DNA of 64,000 bases from Hormiphora californensis. Lineage: Eukaryota; Animalia; Ctenophora. The notes under the pieces were generated by a model. The model had not been told where the DNA came from. It ran no database searches and was given only the letters and a program-made list of their open reading frames with translations. Numbering within the stretch: the stretch's first letter is position 1; every line of letters begins with the position of its first letter. The stretch is from the NCBI GenBank assembly GCA_020137815.1, contig CM035357.1, forward strand, positions 7,006,001 through 7,070,000. Reading direction: 5' to 3'. The position numbers and the translations under genes were made by a program. Shown one piece after another: positions 39,201-51,461 of the stretch.

Positions 39201-41249
39201 GTCGAGTGTGGCGGGAATGTGGTGTGCTGAACAGGACGGGCGGGTGCTTGTGGGGTGTGAGGTGGGTGGGGGTTGACGTTATTGTCGTGAATTGCATCTG
39301 GGCTGACTGGCACCGTTGGTTCGATTGCAGTCCGGATCTCGTTGAGGACTGGCAGATAAGCGCCCGGACTGGGTAGTGTAGCGAAACTGAGTACTTAACT
39401 GTGAAGCGGTGCGAGTAGGGTGGTGAGCAGGATGGGTGTTCCATTTTAAGGCCACACGATTCCATTACCTTCCTGTTCGGTTCAGACTGCCAAGCAACTG
39501 GATGAGAAGTGTGATCATGTCGTGTGACCATGTGATTCGATTTGATTGGGCAGTGCTCTCTGTAGTTGTGGCAATGGAGCCAGGGGAGGTGTAGCTGTGG
39601 TGGAGATAGGGGTGACTGTGCGTGTGGGGGTGGGGATGATTGTGAGGGTGACTGTGAAGGTGGGGGGTGACTGTGAAGGTGGGGGTGACTGTGGAGGTGG
39701 GGGCAGGGGTGGCTGTGAAGGTGGGGGCGGGGGTGACTGTGTAAGTGATGGCGGGGTTGGGTCTGGGGGTAAATCAGTGGTGGTGGTGACAGTGGGCTGT
39801 GGGGTGGTTAACTGAGTAGGACTTGTGACGGCCGCTGACAGCCCTGCGGCAGGACTAGGTGAAGTGAGATCTGTGAAAGTGTCTGTGTGCTCACTAGGGA
39901 TTGATAAGGGTAGAGGACCTGATGACAAAGGATAGATAATTCCGACTGGACTATAGACTGGATTTGTAATTTTTTTGAATCGGAAATCATTTTTGAGAAT
40001 TCATGATGGATCGGACTTGTCGGCTAGGGCTTTACCAGTTCTGTGGGGATGGCCCGCATCCTCCCATAGCCGTTCTAGTCTTTTCCAGACCCCAGCCGTA
40101 CCTGGTCGGCTTCTATGGTGACAAAAAACAAACAAATGTATCAGCCTCCGACCACTTAGTACGGGATGAGGATAAAGATGACATATTAACAATTATATAT
40201 AAAACAATAAGATTGAGTTTCAACGATTCACCAACTACCATATAGATATTTCTAATCAGTAATCGGTGGACATGCGTACACTGGATAATACGCTAGGGAG
40301 AAAAACTGCTCTGGCCGTTGCCCCGCTCACCCAGAGCCGGGGGAATTACGCCCCCGTAGTAGCCTTCGTGTATGGTTACTTCTAACCCGTAACCATACAT
40401 CCTGTCGGCACGAGGCACCACGTTAGGATTGGGAAAGGTTTGAAAGGGATGCAAGACCGATATAGGGGAAAAAGAGACAGACAAGGAGAAGGAGATGAGA
40501 GTGGGTTAGTTGGATATTACAAGGGTGCCAAGCTGAGCAAGGTGGCGTAAGATGCCTGCCACTTGTACAATGCCTAACCAAAGATGGGGGCATAGTGACA
40601 AATACTTTAGTACTTTGAATTTCCATTGAACAGGTTGGCAAGGTATGTCTGATTAATTAATCATCTTTTATAATCGCTGGGTTTTAAACTGTTTAACATT
40701 TTTATTTGGTTTTGCGGTCTTGCAGGGTTTTATGATTTTTTATTTTGTTTTACATCTTTTAATGATTTTTTGATTTATAGATTTTTTGTAGTTTTATATT
40801 TGGTTTTACAAGTGTTTATGTACCTAAGACTAATGGCTACAGAGGTTTACGCGCTCCATCGCATCTATAACAATTTTATCCTTCTTTTACAGTTTTTTGT
40901 TTGTTTTTCGATTTATGCTCCTGGGTGCTGGGACCTTGTCCGGTAGGGTCTGAATGGGTGGTGTGGACCTTAGCCCTTGGGACTGCTGGGGATGGGGAAC
41001 ATAGAGATCATCTGTTGAAATTGCTTTAATAACCCGCAGAATCCATATTAGCAACAATTAGGAACAATCTTCCAAGGGTCCAGTGAAACACTACCGGTCA
41101 ATGGGGAGATATAGGACGTAGGCTCTTTACTTGTGACATATAAGAGTGTGGAGTTAGTTAAGAAAAACCGGGAAGCTGGGGGTTAGGAGCGTAGAGTGTT
41201 CTCTACATGATGAGAGTACTCATCGTGACCTCAGAAATAAAGTGTCAAT

Positions 41250-41346
41250 ACCACTCTCAGCCACTCATACACTAACAGGGTGGTCGTGCATGAGTGTTAC
41301 CGAGGGGAACCAATGGGCGGTGGTGGCAGTGACGAAACTTCCCCCC

Positions 41347-41349
<3 letters not shown>
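41250..41349 (-). ncRNA. Putative HDV-like self-cleaving ribozyme at the retrotransposon 5' end
   Basis: Minus strand: P1 gaggggg/tcccctc, P3 acc/ggt, GG for P1.1, 11-bp P4 cactcatgcac/gtgtatgagtg, J4/2 gctga. P2 is imperfect and L3 is slightly long. Confidence 0.45.
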
Positions 41350-41394
<45 letters not shown>

Positions 41395-41553
41395 CTCTCT
41401 CCTCTCTTTCTCAGCACATTGCTGCTTCATTGTTTGCAATTATTCAGCTGTTACACGTCATGGGACCTTGATCTCGTATTCTTGTTTGTTCTTTATCACA
41501 AATAGCATCATGACGGCATTTTTTTTTGGTGATTCAGTCAGTGTTCATAATTC

Positions 41554-41639
41554 AGTTATAGAGGTTACAGCTCCCCAAAATTAAAAGTAATAAAGTACTT
41601 TATTACTTTTAATTTTGGGGAGCTGTAACCTCTATAACT
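41554..41639. repeat. Perfect 86-bp spacerless palindrome
   Basis: agttatagaggttacagctccccaaaattaaaagtaataaagt | actttattacttttaattttggggagctgtaacctctataact. Confidence 0.95.
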
Positions 41640-41705
41640 ACTCAATCTTGTGAAACTTTCTGTACAATCTTAATATATCTAATACACAGTAACTTATAGC
41701 ATAAA

Positions 41706-44002
41706 ATGGAGCCAATTGAGAGCTGTTTGGACTTGGCAGGCATTCAAAGAACAAGTGGTATTATCATCACCACATTTTCCTTCCTCGCGGTGTTCCTAAC
41801 AGTGCCATACTGGCAGTATATCTACAGGCAAAACACATGCTGACCCCTCAATACTTCCCCATCATCAATGTTGTGGTATGTTACCAACATATTGATGGTT
41901 AGACTAATTAGTAGAAGTAGGAGAGGGAATAATAATCGTCCTTCGTTAGAAAACTGAATAATTTTGATGATTTGATAGTCAAAACCACCCAAGGTATCCG
42001 ATTTGTTCGAAATGTAGAAAAGAGTCAAGAGATGCCATAACCCACACATGCTTCTTCACCAGGTATCAGATCTGTGCAGCGCCATTGTCGGTGTAACCTT
42101 CCGAGGACCTGGAATGATCTACCCCAAGTAAGAACGTGTTCTTCTACCACAATAAAAAAACCCGTCTAGTTCTACTCAACCGGAAGGAGAAAACTAAACC
42201 TCCTCATTGAGTATGCAGTATACAGTCGGACCCTGTCAGAGCATTGGCCTGACAAGGTCCGACCCCGATTTACCGGAAGGATAAACTTCCCCCGATACAG
42301 TATTTGACCCCGATTTGGTATATTTCTAGGCTATTCTACGGGAGAGAACCAAAACCGTGCAGCGGCGGTGGTGGTGGAGTTATGGATCATGTTCAGGAAC
42401 GACGGGTTTTGCATCTTTGCACCATACATCGCGTGGGCCTTTGCATATCAGAATGCCTCTGCGATTGCAATCATGTCTGTGGATAGAATGCTGGCCATAT
42501 CACTTCCTTTCTGGTGAGATATTACAGAAATAATTTTTCATTATCATGGTCCTAATAAGTATGATAAAAATAGATCGATCACTCATATATTATTTTCAAT
42601 GTCAAGAGCCAAATTGACAAATTCTTACTGTGCTTGCACCTGGTAGCACAGTACCCTCGTACAGACTACAGGTGAGATAATTCTCTTCCTAGGTATAAGG
42701 TGACTATGAGCAAGAAGATTGCAAGACGTATGACCTACATAACCTGGATAAGTGTTAACTCCTACCTGTTCCTCCACCTTGTCTTATATAATACCAGCAT
42801 AACGGAAGTCAGGTAAGCTGGCAGTCTAAGTAACTAGACCTCAACTCCAGACACTGGACAGAAACACCTGAGGAACAAACATCTTTCAATATGACACCAC
42901 TACCAACGACCCGCCTCATTTTACCTCACACCTACAATCCCCTCATGAGGCGTGTTTGCTAGAGGGGTCTGCAGCGTATGCACCAACGCTCATCCATAAT
43001 ATCTACCACAAGGTGGGAGGAGACAGATGGACGGTGTATGTACTATCTACTAGTGAGGATCAAGTTGGGTTATCTTGGAGGTGGAAGATTATCGAGGATG
43101 TCATATTCTTTATTGTACCTTTTGTCATCACGATATTTTGTTACATCGTTATTATTATCAAGGTAGGATTCATAGCATGATGTTCTACACTCAGTATTAT
43201 TAAAGTATTTTAGTTGTTGGACAGAGTATTTTAGTATTGTATGATCGAGATTTCAACTGTAGGATGGAGTCTTATTGAACTTGTTTTTCAGATGGTTAAG
43301 TGCCGGAATGACTGCCGGTTGAACTCTGTCCACAAAGTGCCCTTTTGTACCAGTCTATCTGTGGTGATATTTAGCTGCGTGCCCTGGATACTCTACTTTA
43401 TCTATCATTACTTTATTGATTGTGACACAAGTGACAGTAAGTACTTGTTTAGAAATTAGAAACCGTGACGTACGGTATATCGAGATCAGAAAGTACTCAT
43501 CTTTAACATCAATATCTTTTTCAGTTATGGTATTGACCTACATCTTCTTCTATGTCTCTCCTCTGATCAACCCTATCTTATTTTCAATGAGAAGCAAGAC
43601 CTTCCACGATTTGATTTGGTCTCACGTTCACGCTGCTCTGAGGAGGCTCAGAGTTAGTCTTGCTCGACAGGTAGTTGATCTTTAGAGAGAGAGATTAAAT
43701 GTCGTGATTTACAATTATTGTCCAGTTCAAAAATTTGAAATTGCAGACACAAACACATTTGTTTGATGTACTGCATAAGAGAGAGGATACTATTATGAAT
43801 CTGTTAGTGTTATGAATCCTTCAAGGCCTCAAGGGTAAATTCAACCCCCTTGTTTACCGAAGCTAAATATGTTATCCTCAAGTTATCAGATACAAGGAAC
43901 AGAGAGGGAACAGTTGTTAGGAATGAAAATGTGGTACAGAGCTGCTATTCTCAGTCTAGTGGATCTAACTTACATTTTCTGCGTCAATCAACAGAAATGT
44001 GA
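41706..44002 (+). CDS. Class A (rhodopsin-family) orphan GPCR
   Basis: Exons ~41706-41875, 42063-42127 (VSDL), 42330-42513 (TM3 ...AIMSVDRMLAISLPF), 42694-42812 (TM4 Trp), ~42950-43162 (FIVPFVITIFCY), 43292-43436 (SCVPW), 43525-43670 (LINPILF). Two homopolymer indels are needed; the 3' end is approximate. Confidence 0.85.
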
Positions 44003-44574
44003 TATATCAGGACTTCATTAATTGTGTGCATTGTTTTCAGAAGAAGAGTTAATATTTTCTCAATTTCACAACTTATCTTCAAATTACCTAGAATTGGAGA
44101 TTATTTTTTAGCCAATTGTTTTCAATGCTACCAATGTTTTTCTTTCTCACACGTTTCTGATACAATTTGTTGAAAATAATAAAGTCATTTTCTCATTGCC
44201 CACGTTTCCCAGAGGTGTGTTGGACGGTATATCGCTTATCGCTACTTCAAATCAGCTCATATTTCCTTGCTGTTTGCGTGTGTTGCGTGCTGTAAAACCA
44301 CTGCTCTGTTATATAAATAATATTGGTCCAATATGGCATCTGTTGAGGAGGGTCTGTGTGACAATGTATTGTTTGATGGAGACATCGAGTACTGTCTGAA
44401 TGACTGTCTGAACCATTGGCTATCCTGTCGAGCGATAATCCAAACAGTTGACAGTCGCCATTTCGTTATCAGACTCTGGTCAGGTAAATAATTTGTCCAG
44501 CCGATTGACTCTAGGAATTAGGATCACATCCAAACATTGTTGAGAGTTGGAAGAGTAAAGATCACATCACACAG

Positions 44575-44795
44575 TTCATTGCATCTTGTTGTTGTATAGA
44601 ATGAGGGATCACATCACTGCATTTTATTGTTGTATAGAGTGAGGGATCACATCACTGCATTTTGTTGTTGTATAGAGTGAGGGATCACATCACTGCATTT
44701 TGCTGTTGTATAGAGTGAGGGATCACATCACTGCATCTTGTTGTTGTATAGAGTGAGGGATCACATCACTGCATTTTGTTGTTGTAAAGAGTGAG
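44575..44795 (-). repeat. 38-bp tandem repeat (about 6 copies) reiterating the last codons and stop of the TRP gene
   Basis: Unit gatcacatcactgcattttgttgttgtatagagtgagg; it reads LTLYNNKMQ* on the minus strand. Confidence 0.95.
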
Positions 44796-47636
44796 TGATT
44801 CCTCGATATAAGCCAGTTTCTCCTTGATAACTGACAGCACCGTCTTCTCCAACAACACCTCCATCTTGGACAACCGGACACTCAACAACCGGATACGTTC
44901 CTCTATCACACTGATCTTATCTCTATCACATACAGGATCAAATGTTTGTTTTATTGGCTGGCTAGCCTTCAGTTCCTCGGTTAGAGATGCTAGAATGTTG
45001 GAAGGAAGACGCTTCTCAAGATCACAGATATACTTCGCCTGTTCTATCCGGGCAATCAACTCTGCCGTTTCAAATATCCTACCGTAGCTGTCCGCCATGA
45101 GGGCTATCAGCAGGTTCAGGACTATGATACTGGAAACTGTGATCCAGATAGCGCTGATGATCATCCACCATGCAGGCCGGATAAACATGTGGTTAGATCT
45201 GGCTAACCCTTCCTCGTAGTCATAGTCTCCCAGGACCATTCGGAGAACCCGGAAGAAGGTTTCTACGATGCTGATCCCTTCAAAAGAGTCCACTTCAGTG
45301 CTCTGGCCGCTACCTTTCGATTTAGCTGCCCTCCGCTCCCTAATTCTCATCTCCCCCTCGCCCTCGCCCTCCTCCGCATAGGAGTTCAAGTGGTCCGAGC
45401 TGTAGATATAGATGGTCTTGTAAAACACGAGGAAGGCAGGAACGAATAGAGTAACAAACATAAGGAGAACCTTCTTCAGGTCCTGTTGGGCAAAGTGCAT
45501 GAAGATGACGAAGGGACCCACTGAACGGAGTATGACGAGCTTCATGAAGCCACTGACCCATAGACACATCACGATACATGCCCCCGTCACACTTTCAATC
45601 TTGTCCAACTCCGGCCAGAAGAATATCAGGATTTTGAGAGTCAGGTAGAGGCCCAGGGAGATGTCAAGGACGAAATCGAAAATGAGAGCAGGAGTGTTGC
45701 TGAGATCGTCATAAAAACTGAGTTGATTCACCCCAGTCTTCTTGTTGATATCCTGGATCAATAGCCATCCCTTAGGGTGCACTATAGCCTGTTCGTAAAG
45801 ATCCGTCATGGTGACTAGCCGCTTCACAAACGTGAAATAGAGGTACCGGCGTTTGAGGGCTATGTAATTCAGTACCACCCTGTAAACTAGAATAACGAGT
45901 GCAAACAAGAATATGACAATGTTTATACCGTGAGTTGCGGTAAACTCAGATTCAGGCCCGTCGAGGGTGACATTTTCTAGCATGTACACGATCAACCAGG
46001 TGATCAGGTACACCGCAAGGAAGATAAAGTTCTTCTTAGCTGACCCAGCCCCGTAGAGGTCCCATTTTGCGGTGGTGAGCTGCTCAAAAACAGGGTGGTC
46101 TGCGATGCCCATGTTGCCCTTCCATACCAGGAAGTGGAAGAGAGAACCGTGGACATCATCATCGTGGGACAGCAGGGAGTTTAGGTCGTAGAATCTCTCA
46201 CCTAGATGTGTGCATTTATTAATATTGCATTTGTTAATTACTTGGAATCAATTTAGTTAGTAACAAGACGTGTAAAAGTTACATTTCATTTGCTAATTAT
46301 CACTAATTATTGATATACCTTGGTAGAGATCCTCGGTGACGACTCTATCGAACACATCTCGGATCAAAGTAGGCATGGTATTGGCGATCCTCAGTGCAGT
46401 GGGGATCCGGTACTTGTCCTGCACAAAGGGGTCCGCTCCTCGTGATAGCAGCCTTTCTGTTATGGTAGAGTGTCGGTAATACGCCGCCAGGGCCATCGGG
46501 GTGAGGCCCATCGAGTCTTTTTCGTCAATAGGAATGGGCTTCTTCTGGAAATAGTGAGAGAGATCTTTATAAAACAGGGAATGTTGGTTTAATGGTTTAA
46601 ACAACCTGCTAAATAAGAGTAATGGAGCTTCATTGGATATTGAGATCCTACAAATTGGCCGCTAACACAACGAGTAGTTACCTGATCAAACCTTATCAGT
46701 TTTTCCATTACATTTTCACATCCATACATAGCAGCAATATGTAGAACTGTCCTTTGGCAGCGCCATGCCCTAGGGAATTTGTTTCATATGATCAACTAAC
46801 AAGGCAGTTTGGTTGTTGAGTAAGGGGTGGCCGGTGGAGACAGTTTGGGTGGCTGTGAGGTCAGCTACTTCCCGACTGCAAACTCGGCCGTTATAATCAT
46901 CCAAATTGGAGAACACACTCTTTGATAGTGTTCTAATTGGATCGATTAATTAATATATTCCTACTTGTGGTGTGTGTTAGCCCCCGCTGCAATAAGAGCC
47001 ATGGTAGTATCCACATTATCAGCAATTACAGCATAGAACAGCGGAGTGTAGCCCATGTTGTCGTGTGCATTTATATTCGCACCGTAGTCGATAAACGTCT
47101 TAACCACATCAACTACAATGCAGGGGTTTTGTAGGGTTAACAAGGTTATTACTAAAGAGTAAAGCAGCTCTTTGACGATGGTAGACAGAAGTTTTGCTTG
47201 AATTTCCAATTTCAAATGCTAGAGGTTTACCTGAGCAGTACTGTACAGCGATATGGAGGATAGTCTGGGTATATCCATCCCTCACCTCCAAATTTACATC
47301 TGACTGCATCATTTCGCGGAGGGATGTGAAGTCCGTGGGTAGTTCCTTAAAGTTGTATCGGGTACAACCTGAAACAAAACAGGTGATTGGTTCCAAACAA
47401 GTCCACATTTAAGCAGGCGAAGTTTGGTGTCACATATGCACAAAGGAAAGCGATTTTTGAGCCGAAAAGGAGGAAACACCACATGTAAAAACTACGCAAT
47501 CAAGTCAGAGACCGGTTCACCGGTTCAATATACCATGTTTTTTAGCGAGAAGATCAAAATAGCAGAATAGCTTATACTGCTCATCTGTAGGGTTCTTTAC
47601 TACTGTAATTGGATCAGTGGACGATGTTCCACTCAT
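44766..47636 (-). CDS. Ankyrin-repeat TRP cation channel (TRPV/TRPVL-like)
   Basis: Exons 47636-47534, 47368-47231 (TILHIAV), ~47129-46965 (GYTPLFYAV), ~46770-46682 (TVLHIAA), ~46545-46319 (GLTPMALAA), 46201-44766 (six TM segments, pore FRVLRMVLGDYD, S6 VLNLLIALMADSY, TRP-helix region, C-terminal coiled-coil-like segment). Confidence 0.9.
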
Positions 47637-48151
47637 GAACACGTGCTTTTCCAGCTGCTGGTGGAGAGGAATATCCGCCATGACATACAGCTATTAGTAG
47701 TGCAATCAGTTGTTAGGATCTTCCCCGGGACACAATTTAGCAATTTTAGACGGATAGCAGCTGTCTGGCAGCACCAGACGGACCCCGTTTCGATTCTCAC
47801 AGTGCGCTCAGATGGCGCCAAATAGCTATCGTCAGATAGCTATCCTAGAACTGGAAGTTTCACTGAAACAATTAAGCAACGTGCCCACCCCAGAAGTGAA
47901 ACAATTTAGTACCCAGATAGCTATCCCAAAAGTAAGATCGTGATCATAGGTAACTTTCAGAGATACAGCGAGCCAGGAAGAGAGTTAACTAATTCAGCAG
48001 AAAAACAATCACTATTAACAGAGCTGGTGGAGCAACAATTAGTGAGAAAGGATTAGTGCTGCAGAGATCAACAACCTTTTCCCCGGTTACTTCTTGAACT
48101 ACTAATTCTCTCTCTTCCACTCTCTTTCTCTTCATCTCCCTCTTTCTCAAG

Positions 48152-51100
48152 CTATAGGTGGTTCACACAGCTCAGTTGGCAATATATCATGCTAATAAAG
48201 TACACCCCGTGGCTGAATATAATAACGCGATATTTTATTAACTTTATCGTGGGTATGAGAATGGTGGGATAAATCACTGCGCTGGCAAGCACAAAGAGAG
48301 CAATTGGGTTACATATAAAACTAGATCTGCAGATAGAGAGCTTCAATCAAACTATGAACTCCTAAATATTAACCCAATATATCTTATTCCCCAGGTCCGG
48401 TGCCATCTTCCTCACTCCTAATAGAATGGGTGATTGATATGCACCGTTGTGTTATAGCAGTCCGCCACAAGACTGCATTCCTGCCCAGATCCCTTGATGA
48501 TACCTCATCACTAGAGGGGGTATACCTCATCTCAACAGAGTATGGGAACCTCAACATCAGGTAAGCGGTATTGATTCTGTGAGTTCAGTATCAGAACGTC
48601 CTAATATTTACCGCAAACATCTCAAAATTAGGGGTGAAAACGCAGCATACCTCAGTCACCAGATCCAGTATAAGAGGTAACAAACTCTGTTGTTTTATAG
48701 TTGCTGTTATTAACGGGTGATAACTAAAAGATGTCACAAATTTAAAACAGCTGTAGAATTTTTCCCTTTTGAGATACAGCTTCGGGCCAGTTATAAAACG
48801 ATTTTTCAGACAATTTTGAATCGGAATAATTTACCGGCAAAGACTAAAAAGTTCGTTTTCATTGCGATATCACATCATTTCCTTTTGCCCCACCAAAGCA
48901 TTTAGTACGTGAAATTTACACACTTTTCTAGCACCTCTAGCACCTGTTCTGTTCAAGATTCAGCTTCGGGACAGTGATAGAATGATTTATCAGACAATTT
49001 TGAACGAAATTAACTTTGTTTCAAACTTCATGAATCTCAATTTCCTGATCAGAATCTTCTGTAACAAAGCGTAGTTTACAGGTAATTTGAGAAATCGCCA
49101 TTTCGACGATCTCTTGAAACATTAATGACCGTGAAAACCAATTTCTTAATGAGCTAAAATGTTCAAACTTGGCAGTTATGTTGACTATAGCATGAACAGC
49201 CAAACCTCCAATTATTAGAATTTTATCTCATCGGAAAAGTCATTTCTGATCACATAGAAGTTTCAAATCTCCGTACTACATGCTTTGGTGGGATAAGATG
49301 AAATGATCAGATATCGCAATAAAAATGAACTTTTTAGGTTTTGCCGGTATACTATTCCGATTCAAAATTGTCTGAAAAATCGTTCTATAACTGGCCCGAA
49401 GCTGTATCTCATAAGGGAAAAATTCTACAGCTGTTTTAAATTTGTGACATCTTTTAGTTATCACCCGTTATGCGTTGACTATTTCAATTGAGCGTATTTT
49501 AAAACTATGTATATGCAAGCTCAAGCCCCAAAGTCTGCTTGTATGGTTCTGAACTAAATAAGCAGTCCAACTTACTACTAGCTTCCATGAAATATTTTAG
49601 ATGTGAAAAGCAGTCGGCGATTCATCAGTATACCTTGGATTCCCTTTACTACGTTTCAACGCCCATTGGAGAGGTAATATGCGATGTGATAAGGGGATCA
49701 GAGGTTGTGATCCGGGGGTAAAACTTAGTTAGAATGAAAAATTTATCATCTCAGTCAAATATAATATATTGGTTTGACTAATCATACTACTTACTATTCA
49801 AATTGTCAGTGCTACATCACCTAGCAACTACACCTGCACGTGCAATTATTAGAGCAACTTAGAAACCTCCCTCCCAGTTGCAGTTTTGGGTACTAAGGGA
49901 AATTCAATTCTGCACGTGCATTCTTTTACTTTTGTCCTGATGTCTAACTCTTCAACCCCAAGCGCTATTCGGCAACGGTCATCTGGGTCCGGAAGATCTG
50001 CTGCTGTCAGAGAGCAGGCTAGAGAATATGACAGATTACGCCAACGTGTTCAAGCGAGCCAATCAACGACTACTGATAGCTTTACCCAACGTCGCCCAAG
50101 GGTGATTACTCCAATCGAATATATAAATCTCTGAATTGGCTACATAGCGGCCAAGTTTTCACGTGATGAGTTTCTGTAACAGCACTGAACCTCCCTGACA
50201 TTGATTTTTTAAATTCGCACCTTGACATTGTCAGGAAGCCCAGAGCGTACAACAACATAGCGTAAAACAACGTAGTATAGGGAGAAAGTGAGAGATAGGC
50301 TAGGAACGGATGGTGCAGGTGATGTCAGCGTTCCCTAATCCAGCTACCATTTCCCCGAAATTCGCCCGTAGGGCGAACGGGCCTACTAGTATAATCTACA
50401 GGGTTTTGACTGTTGGGTCAAGCCCCACATGATGAATAATTATACCTAGTATAAAACTTCAATTGTACATGTTCCAGGTCGATGTTGATGAATCACAGTT
50501 CCTGCTAGCTGTAACACCCACCGATGTTACCCTCATTTCCCTCGACAGACAGTGCATATCTCGGAGTTTTCCCATTGTAAAACTTAGAAAGTAAGTCAGC
50601 TTTGCCTGTCTCACCCCGCCTCGGGTTAGAACATAACAAAGTCAGCTAGATCATTTTGCTAAAAAGCGGTTTTTAAGGCCTTGGCCCGGACTCTCAACCA
50701 TTTTTACTAATTTCTAATTCCAATCAATATTCTCAAGTTACGGAAAGGCAACGTCAGACCAGCTAAAACTGGAGATAGGACGAGGTGTGAGGCACGGAGA
50801 CCGTACATACCTGTTCACCACGCCAGACCCTGACAAAATCCTAACCTCACTTCGACACCAAATAGACATTCTCACGGTTTTAGTTCAGCTCAGGGAGTCC
50901 AGGGACCGTATCCATTCCTCACCATCAACCACTCTAAACCGGGACAGTGTCGACATATATGAACCTGTTAATTCCAGACGTCATCATGGCGATCAGGTGA
51001 GATGGACTAGTGACAGCTCTGAGTTCCAATCAGAAGAAACTCCTCCAACAGATCTTGAGCAACTGTATAGTTTCAGTAGCAGTGAACAAAGTAGTTTCAG

Positions 51101-51461
51101 ATACAGTCTTCAGGATGATTCGACGGACAGTTTTGGGTACGCCGTAATCGATCGTTCAGCATCCCAATTACAAAATGAGTTTTTAAACTCCCCGCCCGTT
51201 GATAAGTTTTATGAAAGTGTGTCTATAGCTGGTGAGGAGATTGTGTATCAAGAACTCAATGAAATAGGTCAGGGGAGAAAGCGGAGAGGAAAGAGAAGGA
51301 TGCGAAGTGCAACTTTTGTTTCATACATTGAGGGGGGACAGGAGGCGTTGGAGAGGTTCACTGATAGGCTGTTTGAGGAACAGATTTACAGTTGTTTGTT
51401 TGACATTCCCGAGAAGAGGGAGAGGAAGGAGAGTGGAGCGTATGATGTTTTACAAAGGTAG
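48152..51461 (+). CDS. IRS/DOK/FRS2-type adaptor (probable PH domain, IRS-type PTB domain, Tyr-motif tail); first exon not located
   Basis: Exons ~48152-48252, 48395-48560, 49601-49673, 50478-50590, 50738-51461. FPIVKLRKYG...LEIGRG...YLFTT matches the IRS-PTB pattern; the tail has YEPV, YAVI, YESV, YQEL and YDVL. Confidence 0.7.
48713..49468. mobile_element. MITE with ~195-bp TIRs and TA flanks
   Basis: ta-acgggtgataactaaaagatgtcac... / ...gtgacatcttttagttatcacccgt-ta; it explains the mirrored ORFs at 48717 and 49464. Confidence 0.9.
49782..50389 (+). mobile_element. Non-autonomous Helitron-like element
   Basis: 3' hairpin ttcgccc-gta-gggcgaa 8 nt before CTAG|T; candidate 5' A|TC at 49782, which is less certain. 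Confidence 0.55.

Larger units (their letters stand above)
35184..41349 (-). mobile_element. Near full-length non-LTR retrotransposon with restriction-like endonuclease (R4/Dong/Rex6 clade), multiply frameshifted
   Basis: RT motifs RGLFQGDSVSP (~37830) and a frameshifted YMDDLKLY (~37690); CCHC knuckle plus RHDRVA; KILWDF-IQ-D..KPDLVLVD endonuclease (36520-36830); Pro/Thr-rich N-terminus; (CT)n on both flanks. Confidence 0.9.

Noticed and set aside
43525-43590. Opsin identity for the GPCR
   Set aside because: The TM7 position equivalent to the retinal-binding Lys296 is Tyr (FFYVSPLINP).
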